Below are positions 1-9,271 of a stretch of 64,000 bases of DNA, piece by piece; positions within the stretch are counted from its first letter, which is position 1; every line of letters begins with the position of its first letter. The notes below the pieces were generated by a model, which saw nothing but the letters and a program-made list of their open reading frames with translations, ran no database searches and was not told where the DNA came from. The DNA comes from Methanobacteriota archaeon. GTDB lineage: Archaea > Halobacteriota > Bog-38 > Methanoflorentales > Methanoflorentaceae. The position numbers and the translations under genes are program-made. The stretch lies in NCBI GenBank assembly GCA_963719035.1, contig CAVRAO010000002.1:1-64000 (forward strand), written 5' to 3'.

Positions 1-441
1 AGCGGCTTTTGTCAGGTTCTCCTGCACATCCGCTGATCTGATTTTCCCGAGGCTGTGATTTAGGGGGTTGTAATGGTACACTCCTGTTACGTTCACGACA
101 TAGACTTCGAGCGGATACAGCGCGCCCGCAGACGGCACCGTTCTGAATCCTTGAGTGCTCGTGATTCCTTGAGCGGCCCAAACGAGCTGTGAGAGCTCGC
201 TTAGTGAGATGTCAGCGTCAGTGTACTCGCGTACCGACCGCCGCTGTTGGAACGTTTCCTCTAATGACATGTTTCCTTTCAGGACTGGGTCGGGAAGCTT
301 GATGACGTCGATGACAGCGAGGTCATGTGATACAGGCACAACTGCATCGTCGCTCTTTTGCGAGCTCAACGCCATCCACCCTATAAGAGCGGAAGCGATC
401 ACCGCAATGACCAGCGCAACGGCCAAGATTTTTTTTCGCAT
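1..441 (-). CDS. SagB/ThcOx-family nitroreductase-like dehydrogenase (3' end outside window)
   Basis: Manual translation from ATG at 441: MRKKILAVALVIAV...LSQLVWAAQGITSTQGFRTVPSAGALYPLEVYVV, the characteristic SagB motif; missing from the ORF track because it runs off the edge. Confidence 0.85.
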   Translation of the reverse strand, partial: MRKKILAVALVIAVIASALIGWMALSSQKSDDAVVPVSHDLAVIDVIKLPDPVLKGNMSLEETFQQRRSVREYTDADISLSELSQLVWAAQGITSTQGFRTVPSAGALYPLEVYVVNVTGVYHYNPLNHSLGKIRSADVQENLTKAA

Positions 442-507
442 ATCAAAGAGTTAAAATCACTTCTTCTTCTAAACGAAAGCGCTAGCTTTCACAAAAAGCA
501 AAACAAA

Positions 508-554
508 TGGGCTCGGCCGGATTCGGACCGGCGACCTCCGCTATGTCAAGACGG
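508..554 (-). repeat. Orphan 3' half of a tRNA-Val(GAC); att-like site at the left island boundary
   Basis: CCGTC-TTGACAT-AGCGG-AGGTC-GCCGG-TCCGAAT-CCGGC-CGAGCCCA gives anticodon arm, T-arm and acceptor strand; no D-arm or 5' half; T-loop and anticodon stem are degenerate; T-rich tract follows. Confidence 0.85.
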
Positions 555-894
555 GGGATTTAGCATATGAAACGTCGTTATCACATCTTCCCGCAGCACC
601 GTTTGATGCGTCTGATACGTCTGCTTGTGCCACGACCACCAAAAACGCAAGTGCTCCTTCGTGCACAGTCTGATAGATCCGTGTAGACAATCCAGCAAGC
701 ATTGAGAACGAATAGGGCAGCCGAATCGTTGGGTAACTGTATCCAGCCTTTGCATTGTGAATAGAAACTTTGCTGCGATTGACTTCTAACAGTTCGTGTT
801 TTGGGAAGTTACTAAATGGGTAATATTCAAGGACTTCAGCACTTGGGTAGTGTTCAACGACTAGCATAATTGGTGCGTAGTCGAAGCGAGGCAC
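541..894 (-). CDS. Hypothetical protein running into the att-like site; candidate N-terminal piece (intN) of a split integrase, possibly AbrB-like
   Basis: ORF ends (SPVLT*) inside the tRNA fragment at a TAG where an intact anticodon stem would give TGG; YPTIRLP resembles swapped-hairpin DNA-binding proteins. Confidence 0.5.
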   Translation of the reverse strand: MPRFDYAPIMLVVEHYPSAEVLEYYPFSNFPKHELLEVNRSKVSIHNAKAGYSYPTIRLPYSFSMLAGLSTRIYQTVHEGALAFLVVVAQADVSDASNGAAGRCDNDVSYAKSPVLT

Positions 895-1023
895 ATAACT
901 ATTGTGATTAGCCGCGAGCGACTAAGCCGCTTTCAACCCAATTTCTCAATTTAAGGGGTCCTATAACGTTAAAAAAAATAGGCAGAGAAGCGTCTATGCT
1001 CGCTCCCCGCATCATATGGATCC

Positions 1024-1640
1024 TTAAGTCAGCACGAACGAGTCCACTATTCGTTGTGCTTGTGCTAAGTAAGTATTGTAGTCACTGGAAATAGCTTTGT
1101 ACGTTACAACGTACCCCATATTGTTGTTGACAACGTAAGTTTGCATCACGTTAACCGATTTATTGGTCACTAATGTCTTACTATACTGAAGGGGGATAAT
1201 TCCAGACCAAACGAGTTTCTGTGCAGGTTTTCCAGCAAATGTGGTGTTGGTCTCGTTGAGCGTAAAGTTCTTGTAAAACCCTGTACTGCTGTAGTTCTTA
1301 AGTTCCTTAACTTCGCTATTTGTAAAGTCGCTGAGCGTTTGACCGGAGCTAAGACCTTTTGTGGCAACTAGAACGCCGTCAGCTGTTTCATTTGGGCTTA
1401 GATAGATATACACTCTAACTGGCGTTTTTGCATCAGTTGACGAGTCTACCTTAAGAGCTTTGTTGTATGTGATATTGAAACCTGCTCCGCTCGAATACGT
1501 CGTATTGTTCCCAACCGTCGTCTGCGCCGCAGGGATCGGAGTTGGTGAAGGATTAGTGTTAGTCGCGCAGCCCGCTGTTGTCGCTGCTACTGTTAACAGC
1601 GCCACGACCGCTACGCCGCGATTAAAGTGCGATTTTTCAT
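1024..1640 (-). CDS. PsbP-like lipoprotein (1-nt indel near the 5' end)
   Basis: ATG at 1640 gives MKNRTLIA-GVAVVALLTVAATTAGC (lipobox) if one G is restored; C-terminus YVVTYKA...QRIVDSFVL is typical of PsbP-like proteins. Confidence 0.65.
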
Positions 1641-1937
1641 CGTATCGGCCCTCGCCCTATAAGAGAACTTCTAGCTAATAAAGGTTTAGATGATGACAAT
1701 TCTAGTAAAGATCTTAGGGCATATATGTTCCAATTCACGAGAACCTGCGACAAACCAAAATATAAGTGAACATTCCTGCGGAAGCGCATTCAAAATAGTA
1801 TAACTACGGCTGTACAGGTGCAGAACTCTTGATACCAGTACACCAGGAAACGCGCACGCCCGTGCGCCACATCTTCCGAATGATGGGGTAGTCTCGTTCG
1901 CTGTGTGAGGACGGCAGCGGTGAGGATGCTCTCATTC

Positions 1938-2007
1938 AATGGTCTAAAATGCGTTCTCCGTCCGAAAAGGGGGGGCCTGTCAATCCTTAACGAGCTCCTT
2001 CACAATG
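1938..2007 (+). pseudogene. Isolated ~70 bp fragment of an FkbM methyltransferase paralog
   Basis: Encodes NGLKCVLRPKRGGLSILNELLHN versus NGLRYVLRPKRGDLSILNEILRN at 3093-3162; several differences are synonymous. Confidence 0.75.
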
Positions 2008-2180
2008 CTCGCTGCTGTTCTCACACCTGGAAGCTCAGTCTCTTACATTAACATGACGAGAAACGTGCGCTTAGATTAGACATATGGTCAAACGAGTTAA
2101 AGGACTATAGGAAACTTTATTTATGTAGTTGCGTATACTGCTGTTTAACATACTCAACATAACTAATAGGGTTATACTTT

Positions 2181-2463
2181 ATGAACGAAGAACAGACGCG
2201 AATGCATAAAGACACGAGCGAAGTGCCGCTGATGGACGATAAAGAAGGTAAATCTGAACACCCGCGAGTACTGGTCAAAGGGTACATGCGACCTGACGGC
2301 ACCTCTTATTATGTCGTGATTCCAAAGAAGATCAGGGAACTGTTCAATCTGAACGGTGGAGAGTAACTTTTTGATGAAGGCAAAACCCGAAAAGGGGACA
2401 ATTAAGCTCAAACTGGTCGAGTTTGCCGATGAAGAGCCTGAGAAGGAGCTGGAAACAAAATAA
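2181..2463 (+). pseudogene. AbrB/MazE-family DNA-binding protein with an in-frame TAA
   Basis: GTSYYVVIPKKIRELFNLNGGE*LLMKAKPEKGTIKLKLV; the frame stays open after the stop at 2364-2366. Confidence 0.7.
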
Positions 2464-2918
2464 CGGTCTGAGCGATATTGAGGTGCTTTCATGGCTTGAT
2501 GCCCATTAGCGATGCGCAGAAAGTCAGCGGCGTGCCAATATCGATTTTGGAGACAGCTAGAATCGTAACCATTACGCATACGAGGCGATCTAAAACATGC
2601 AACCGATCTGCCGCCTCTAAAACGGTTCGCACTACCTTCATGGAGGCTAGTCCGATAGACTTAACGTTTGCGTGATCAGCAAGCTTTAGTAAGGCCTCAC
2701 CAAAATTTACAGTGAGTGAAAACGTGACAGCAAGCAAAAGCCTGAAGATAATGCCGCTGCTACTCCTTGTTTTGAGTGTGTCGGCTCATGCGTCTGTATG
2801 TCTAAGTGACCTTCACCGACATGAGGAGCTCGTCCTCTTCGAGCGATCGGGGACATATTTCTACAATCGCAAAGTACCATCAAATCATCGGGTGCGCCGA
2901 GACGCGCTCTACCAGTCC

Positions 2919-3794
2919 ATGTGGCCTGTAGTGCGAGAACTCACGCAGTTGTTCTCGAACGTCAAGAGAATAGCTGCGCTTATGGGCGCGTTCATCGGAT
3001 TCATTGCGCTCGTCCGAAATTGGTACGTGCCGCTATTCATCCGTCTCTCTCCCTTTGCAGCGGCAGACGCCGAAGCACTGGTAACCACGCGAAATGGTCT
3101 AAGATACGTTCTCCGTCCGAAAAGAGGGGATTTGTCAATCCTGAACGAGATCCTTCGCAACGATCTCTACTCGCAATGGCCGGTGAATGGAACAGTTGTA
3201 GATATAGGTGCGCATATAGGAATTTTTGCCATACAAGCGAGCGCGTCAAGCGATACTGTGATCTGCTATGAACCGCATCCCCTCAATTTTGAGCTTTTGC
3301 AGAAAAACATAGCTATTAACGCGCTAAATAACGTCAAGGCGCTCCGGCAAGCAGTCAGTGATATGCGAGGCATTAAGGGACTGTCGGTTTCTCAGAAAAA
3401 GAGTTACGGGCATACATTCTATCCATCGAACACCGGTAGTTTCGTGGACGCTATTGACGTTGAATCAGTCACGCTCGCGGATGTCCTCAGCTCTAACGGG
3501 CTCGACCACATCGATTTCCTTAAAATGCATTGTGAAGGCGCTGAACTCGACATTCTTGCGCATACACCGCAAGGCGTTTTAGAACGGGTTGATACCATAG
3601 TCATCAAGTATGCCCGAGACGGTGCAGAAATTGCGGATTTGCTGACCTCGCGAAGTTTCGTAGTAACGTGGGGTCAGAGAGGTTCGTTGTGCGCGGTGAA
3701 TAAGAGAATGAAACGTGGGGGAATCGCAAGGAAATACGAAAGGGACAAGAGTGGCAGAGCGCCCGGACGAGTCCCGGAGCGTCCGCTCGCGTGA
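2919..3794 (+). CDS. FkbM-family SAM-dependent methyltransferase
   Basis: VVDIGAHIG, YEPHPLNF and IDFLKMHCEGAE motifs; start uncertain (frame open from 2712). Confidence 0.85.
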   Translation: MWPVVRELTQLFSNVKRIAALMGAFIGFIALVRNWYVPLFIRLSPFAAADAEALVTTRNGLRYVLRPKRGDLSILNEILRNDLYSQWPVNGTVVDIGAHIGIFAIQASASSDTVICYEPHPLNFELLQKNIAINALNNVKALRQAVSDMRGIKGLSVSQKKSYGHTFYPSNTGSFVDAIDVESVTLADVLSSNGLDHIDFLKMHCEGAELDILAHTPQGVLERVDTIVIKYARDGAEIADLLTSRSFVVTWGQRGSLCAVNKRMKRGGIARKYERDKSGRAPGRVPERPLA

Positions 3795-4080
3795 CTTTCT
3801 CGGTGTTTGTGCGAAAGTACGAATTAACTATGAGCGTTTTCACAATTTCACCAGATGGTATGTTAACTGGCAAGACAGTGACAGTCCAACGCCTTGTTGA
3901 ATTAATATTCTTGCACAGGGCTAGCAAACTCTAAACTTTTATAAGTTAGCTGGTCGTCGGGTTACCCTGCTTTAGCATTGTGGAGCGAGATTTCGCTGTT
4001 GTAGATCGCTACCGATAACGTCCAACGCTATAGATTGGCAGTGCTTTTATTGATCGATCGACAACTAGCATAAGCGAGTT

Positions 4081-4420
4081 TTAGCTGCTAGATCCTTGAG
4101 GGTGCTGAATTGGCAATCTAATTATGACTCCAGGATTACGTTCCCGATGCGCATCTGTGGGCATAATCGGCAATGTCAGTACAAATGGTGCCTTCCCTGG
4201 ATAACTCTCAAAGGTGACCGTTCCGCCGTGGGCGTCCATAATTCGCTTCGCTTCTGCAAGTCGCCCCCCCGTGCCCTTCGCTTTACCCGTAATAAGCTTT
4301 GCGAACATCTTATCCTTCATCTCATTAGAGATACCAACGCCTGTATCGCTGATAGCGATCCAACAAACATGTTCTCAACAGTCGCACTAACGGTGAGTGC
4401 CCCTTCCTCAACATAGCCTA
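4081..4420 (-). pseudogene. Degenerate histidine kinase ATPase (HATPase_c) fragment
   Basis: TGKAKGTGGRLAEAKRIMDAHGGTVTFES resembles the G2 box and HGG motif; truncated and frameshifted. Confidence 0.65.
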
Positions 4421-4528
4421 CATCGCGTTCAATACGAGATTAGCTGCAGACGCTACAGGAGGCGTCGGTCTGCTTCGAGTACATGCAAGAAACACGCATA
4501 TAAGTGATGATGCACTAGGAGGGTAAGA

Positions 4529-7081
4529 ATGCGCCAAAACATAGAATCTATTGCACTTCGGGGACTCTCGCACGAAGAGGCCAGGAGTCGCCTAGAGAAG
4601 GAAGGCTATAATGAACTTCCGTCAGAAAAGCCGCGCAGCATCGTTGTTATCCTGCTTGGCGTCATTCGCGAACCGATGTTTCTGCTCCTTCTAGGTGGCG
4701 GCGGCGTTTATTTGTTGGTCGGTGATCGTCAAGAGGCGCTCATTTTGTTAAGCTTCGTCTTTGTGATCATGGGGATCACCTTCTACCAAGAACGGCGGAC
4801 AGAGCACACATTAGAGGCGCTTCGCGATCTTTCAAGCCCGCGCGCCCTTGTCATTCGCGAAGGCGAGGAACATCGGATTGCCGGTCGCGACGTGGTGCGC
4901 GGAGATATCGTCATCCTTCACGAAGGAGATCGTGTCCCAGCTGACGGCATTCTCCTTTCGAGCAGCAATCTGTCCGTCGATGAGTCGCTGTTGACCGGTG
5001 AATCGGTCCCGGTGCGAAAAAAGGTAGGCGATAACCTGACGGAGATGAGTCGTGCGGGCGGTGAGAGCACGCCGTTTGTGTATTCAAGCACACTCGTGAT
5101 TCGCGGTCAGGGCGTGGCGGAGATACGCGCTACCGGCGCTGACACGGAAATAGGCAAAATCGGAAAGGCCATTCGCTCGCTCGATAGCGAGAAGACAGGG
5201 CTTCAAATTCAAACTGGACGATTTGTTCGCAATATTGCGCTTGTTGGGCTTTTTCTATTCCTTATAGTCGTTTTTGTCTATGGCGCAACGCGAGGTAATT
5301 GGCTTGAAGGGCTTCTCGCCGGCATTGCGCTGGCTATGGCAATGCTGCCAGAAGAATTCCCTGTTGTTCTCACCGTGTTTCTGGTGCTTGGGGCGTGGCG
5401 TATCTCTCAGCAGCAGGTGCTCACCCGCAACGCAAGCGCGGTCGAGACTATTGGGGCTGCGACTGTTCTCTGCACTGACAAGACGGGCACCCTTACGCTC
5501 AATCGCATGACGGTGAAAACCCTTTTTGCTAACGGTCAGCTTTACGATGTCGACTTTGGTTCGGGACAGGAACTCCCTGAATCGTTCCACCAGATCGTCG
5601 AGTTCAGCATCTTAGCAAGTCAGATAGACCCGTTCGATCCGATGGAAAAAGCGTTTAAAGCGCTAGGCGAACATTTTTTGGCTGCGACTGAACACCTCCA
5701 CGCCGATTGGATGCTCCAAAAGGAGTACCCGCTTTCTGAGAAACTGTTGGCGTTGTCACGCGTTTGGCGATCGCCTAATGGCAGGGATTACGTCATTGCT
5801 GCAAAAGGGGCACCAGAAGCAATCGCCGATCTGTGCCATCTCTCTGCAGGACACCAGACCGCGCTTGAAGGGCACATTTCGACGCTCGCCGAAAGAGGGC
5901 TGCGCGTCTTAGCTGTCGCGAAAGCACAGTTCCGGTCAGCTGAGCTCCCAGCTGAGCAGCACGAGTTCGCGTTTGAATTTCTTGGATTGATTGGATTGGA
6001 TGACCCTGTGCGGCCCACGGTCCGGCAAGCTGTTCAGGAGTGCTATGACGCGGGAATACGCGTGATCATGATAACCGGTGACTACTCCGGAACCGCTAGG
6101 AATGTTGCAGAAAGTGTCGGCCTCGTCCCGCGCGACGAGATTATCACAGGGCCTGAACTCGAAAAAATCGATGATCTCACTCTTCAGGAGCGCATCAAGA
6201 GGGCGTGTATTTTCGCTCGAACTATGCCCGAGCAAAAGCTTCGGCTTGTGAAAGCCCTTAAAGCTAACGGCGAGGTGGTAGCCATGACAGGTGATGGCGT
6301 AAACGATGCGCCCGCAATAAAAGCGGCTGACATCGGCGTCGCCATGGGAAAAAGAGGCACTGACGTTGCCCGCGAAGCGTCATCACTGGTCTTACTAGAC
6401 GACGACTTTTCTTCCATCGTGCACGCAGTAAGGCTCGGGCGGCGGATTTATGACAATATCAAGAAGGCCATGGGCTATATCCTTGCCATTCATATCCCTA
6501 TCGCAGGCGTTACGCTCCTGCCGGTGCTCTTTAACTGGCCGCTTATCCTCTTGCCAATCCATATCGCGTTTCTGGAGCTTATTATCGATCCCATATCATC
6601 AGTCGTTTTTGAAGCAGAGCCGGCAGATCCCAATGTGATGCGCCGCGCGCCACGCGATCCGAGTGCTCCTTTATTTACGCGGCTGCAATTGAGCGTCAAC
6701 GTGGTGCAAGGAATAAGTGTTCTGATCATTGTGTTGCTCATCTACGTCGGTGTAACTGCGTACGGCCTGAGTGAGAACCAAGCCCGGACGATGGCATTTG
6801 TAACACTCGTCGTTGCTAATCTGTGTCTAGTACTCAGTAAGCGATCGTGGACAGAAACCTTTGTTGATTCTATGCGCAGATCGAACCGCGCGCTCTGGTA
6901 TGTAGCGGGCGGAGCCATTTTCTTCCTTGCCGCCGCTGTTTACTTACCCTCGTTGCAGGCCATTTTTCTGTTTGCCCCGATTTCCCCCTCGGCCACAGTC
7001 GTGAGCGCCGCCGCAGGTCTAAGTAGCCTGATAGCATTTGAAGCTTCAAAAATGGTTTTCAGGCGCCGTGAGCACCAATAG
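4529..7081 (+). CDS. Cation-translocating P-type ATPase (type II-like)
   Basis: TGES, PEEFP, DKTGTLT, KGAPE, MITGD and TGDGVNDAPA motifs; GGAGG SD. Confidence 0.95.
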   Translation: MRQNIESIALRGLSHEEARSRLEKEGYNELPSEKPRSIVVILLGVIREPMFLLLLGGGGVYLLVGDRQEALILLSFVFVIMGITFYQERRTEHTLEALRDLSSPRALVIREGEEHRIAGRDVVRGDIVILHEGDRVPADGILLSSSNLSVDESLLTGESVPVRKKVGDNLTEMSRAGGESTPFVYSSTLVIRGQGVAEIRATGADTEIGKIGKAIRSLDSEKTGLQIQTGRFVRNIALVGLFLFLIVVFVYGATRGNWLEGLLAGIALAMAMLPEEFPVVLTVFLVLGAWRISQQQVLTRNASAVETIGAATVLCTDKTGTLTLNRMTVKTLFANGQLYDVDFGSGQELPESFHQIVEFSILASQIDPFDPMEKAFKALGEHFLAATEHLHADWMLQKEYPLSEKLLALSRVWRSPNGRDYVIAAKGAPEAIADLCHLSAGHQTALEGHISTLAERGLRVLAVAKAQFRSAELPAEQHEFAFEFLGLIGLDDPVRPTVRQAVQECYDAGIRVIMITGDYSGTARNVAESVGLVPRDEIITGPELEKIDDLTLQERIKRACIFARTMPEQKLRLVKALKANGEVVAMTGDGVNDAPAIKAADIGVAMGKRGTDVAREASSLVLLDDDFSSIVHAVRLGRRIYDNIKKAMGYILAIHIPIAGVTLLPVLFNWPLILLPIHIAFLELIIDPISSVVFEAEPADPNVMRRAPRDPSAPLFTRLQLSVNVVQGISVLIIVLLIYVGVTAYGLSENQARTMAFVTLVVANLCLVLSKRSWTETFVDSMRRSNRALWYVAGGAIFFLAAAVYLPSLQAIFLFAPISPSATVVSAAAGLSSLIAFEASKMVFRRREHQ

Positions 7082-7258
7082 ACTTCAGGGTTTGCTCGCT
7101 GTCGCGCGTCTCTTTAGTTGTCTGGTTCAGTCGTTTGTGCGGTCCTTTCGTGCTAGTGCGTTCCGGCGGCTGCAGGCAACATCTGCAATCAGTCGCGATA
7201 CCGCTCCTAAGTTTATAAATACCCGAACTGCCGATCATGTCCGAAAGCAGGTAGACAT

Positions 7259-7867
7259 ATGATGAGTCAAAATAGATGCAAATCGTGCGGTGAGTCATTG
7301 CCGCGTGATGCTCAATTCTGCAACAAGTGTGGGGCAACCGTGCCGCGTGATCAACAATCAGGCTCATTTGGCTTAGGGAAGCTTGGCAAAGGCGTCCTTG
7401 ATATGGTTAAAGACGTGTCTGACCTAGGAAACGAACGCAGACCATCGTCAGGAGCGTCTTACGGCGGACAGGGCCAAGGGCTCCAATCCGTGACATTTCA
7501 GTCGAAACAGGAGTGCGAACAATGGCGCTATCAGATGGGCTCCACCGTCAATATCGTCAATGTGACAAAAAATAAGCAACGCGACATGTTCGGCGGCAAA
7601 CACAAGACCTATACCGTAACCTACCGTTCGTCGCAGCAACCGCCGATGCAATCGCCGCAGCAACCGCCGATGCAATCGCCGCAGCAACCGCCGATGCAAT
7701 CGCCGCAGCCGACTGCCCCTGCAGCACCCGCTCCTCAGGAAGAGCAAGCCTCCGGCTCTTCAGATGTCACCGAACAAATAAAGAAACTTGCAGAGCTGCG
7801 AGATCAGGGAATCCTTACCGAAGAAGAGTTTCAGGTAAAAAAGAAGGAATTACTGGCCAAATTGTAG
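7259..7867 (+). CDS. Zinc-ribbon + SHOCT domain protein
   Basis: CKSCG...FCNKCG N-terminus; IKKLAELRDQGILTEEEFQVKKKELL C-terminus. Confidence 0.85.
   Translation: MMSQNRCKSCGESLPRDAQFCNKCGATVPRDQQSGSFGLGKLGKGVLDMVKDVSDLGNERRPSSGASYGGQGQGLQSVTFQSKQECEQWRYQMGSTVNIVNVTKNKQRDMFGGKHKTYTVTYRSSQQPPMQSPQQPPMQSPQQPPMQSPQPTAPAAPAPQEEQASGSSDVTEQIKKLAELRDQGILTEEEFQVKKKELLAKL
7632..7709 (+). repeat. Coding tandem repeat, 24 bp x 3.25 (QQPPMQSP)
   Basis: CGCAGCAACCGCCGATGCAATCGC in three perfect copies plus a partial copy. Confidence 0.95.
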
Positions 7868-8110
7868 CACAGCTAAGCAACGGTCGCAGGCGAACAGCCC
7901 GACGCTGACTTGACGCGCTCTCAGTGTCAGCTTCGACCGTCGCCTTACCTTATCTAACTCATTTTTGTAGAAGCAGAGATACGCTAGTCAGGCGCGTGAC
8001 TTCTCTGCATTTCTGCCCAAGTGTCTACTCCGAAGGATGCCTGCGCCGGTGGAACCACCAAGCCCTTAAACGAGCCGCGCTCTTGTGGAGCCACCGGGGG
8101 ACCGTGACCC

Positions 8111-8779
8111 CTATGATGAGCGTATATGTGACACAACACGCTCTCGATGATAAATAAGGTAGGCAACGAGACCGACGATGCCTGCAATGACCAGAACATC
8201 AAGATAAATAAATAATCCTTCAATATCCTCCCAATGGGGGCCTAAGAGGAAGCCTATATACGCTAAACCCAAACACCACGGAAACGATCCTAAAACGGTG
8301 TAGAGCGAGAACTTCTTGACGTCCATGCGGACAATTCCGGCTGGGTAGGAGATGAAGGTGCGGACAACCGGGAGCAGCCTGCTGACAAAAACAGCGCGAT
8401 CCCCATACTTTTCGAACCATTCGTGTGCCCGATCGAGCTCTTTCTTGCGTATGAGCACGTATTTGCCGTAGCGGTCGAGCAAGGGCCTCCCACCCCACAG
8501 GCCGATGTAGTAGGCTATCAAAGAGCCTACAAGGCAGCCGAACGTGCCCGCGAGGGCAACGCCGATAAGCGTCAGCCCCTCTCCCCACGCGACGTATCCT
8601 CCGAAGGGCATGATAACCTCGCTGGGGATCGGCAAACCGACGCTTTCCAACGTCATACCGGCAAAGACGCCCGTATATCCGAGCTGTGCGATGACAGATA
8701 TGATGAAATCGCTAAGTGTGCCGATGATGTTGATGCTCTGGGCCAAAACCCCCTGCGTTAGAAACATGCACCATCCCAC
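8111..8779 (-). CDS. DedA family membrane protein
   Basis: LESVGLPIPSEVIMPFGG and SRLLPVVRTFISYPAG motifs. Confidence 0.92.
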   Translation of the reverse strand: MGWCMFLTQGVLAQSINIIGTLSDFIISVIAQLGYTGVFAGMTLESVGLPIPSEVIMPFGGYVAWGEGLTLIGVALAGTFGCLVGSLIAYYIGLWGGRPLLDRYGKYVLIRKKELDRAHEWFEKYGDRAVFVSRLLPVVRTFISYPAGIVRMDVKKFSLYTVLGSFPWCLGLAYIGFLLGPHWEDIEGLFIYLDVLVIAGIVGLVAYLIYHRERVVSHIRSS

Positions 8780-9028
8780 ATACCAGGGCTCTTAAATAGA
8801 TATCGTCTTAGAACGAACCGTTTGGATGACGTTTCTTATCCGTGCTTCCTCTATACGTGAATATGCTACAATTATAAGAATACGGGATCATCCGCAGCGC
8901 TGCCGCTCGGAGTCGAAAAAAGCCTATCACGTGACCAGCATTGTCACAACAACATTTATTCCCCTGATGTACCTTTTTACGAGTTTAGAAAAAGGGATCA
9001 CTATCACTGCTTCAAAATAAAGGTGGGT

Positions 9029-9036
9029 AAAAAAAA
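9029..9036 (-). terminator. T8 tract, probable terminator of the mini-array transcript
   Basis: Eight T on the minus strand just after the stem at 9044-9110. Confidence 0.45.
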
Positions 9037-9127
9037 TGCGAAGTTCATGATCCTGTGGCGCACCTACCCGATCGAAGGTGCAAAGCTATCGTATATGATC
9101 AGGACATGAATCGAATATCTGAAGGCG

Positions 9128-9239
9128 GATTCAATCCTCGTTTTAATGGGCAAACTCAGCAACCGTTCTAAGCAGGCTCATACATCTTAACTAGGTGCTC
9201 GAGTTTCAATACTTGTTTTACGGGAACAAGCTCAGCGAC
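9128..9239 (-). CRISPR. Orphan one-spacer CRISPR mini-array / crRNA-like locus
   Basis: Minus strand: GTCGCTGAGCTTGTTCCCGTAAAACAAGTATTGAAAC (37 nt, 9239-9203), 39-nt spacer, then GTTGCTGAGTTTGCCCATTAAAACGAGGATTGAATC (36 nt, 9163-9128); 28/37 identity; ATTGAAAC 3' end; resembles 37-nt methanogen repeats; no cas genes in the window. Confidence 0.75.
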
Positions 9240-9271
9240 TTTTATCTTAAACTAAAAGATGCGATAACAGG

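Noticed and set aside
541-543. TAG as a pyrrolysine codon
   Set aside because: No pyl genes in the window; the TAG also breaks the tRNA anticodon stem, which fits simple mutation of TGG
1938-3162. Repeat pair as a diversity-generating retroelement TR/VR
   Set aside because: Mismatches are not adenine-specific, several are synonymous, and no reverse transcriptase is present in the window
7632-7709. 24-bp tandem repeat as CRISPR
   Set aside because: No spacers; it is an in-frame low-complexity linker
8807-8815. 9-nt match (CTTAGAACG) of the mini-array spacer upstream of dedA
   Set aside because: It matches the PAM-distal end only and is short enough to be chance
9044-9110. Hammerhead ribozyme
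   Set aside because: It has CTGATCA rather than CTGANGA and no properly placed GAAA
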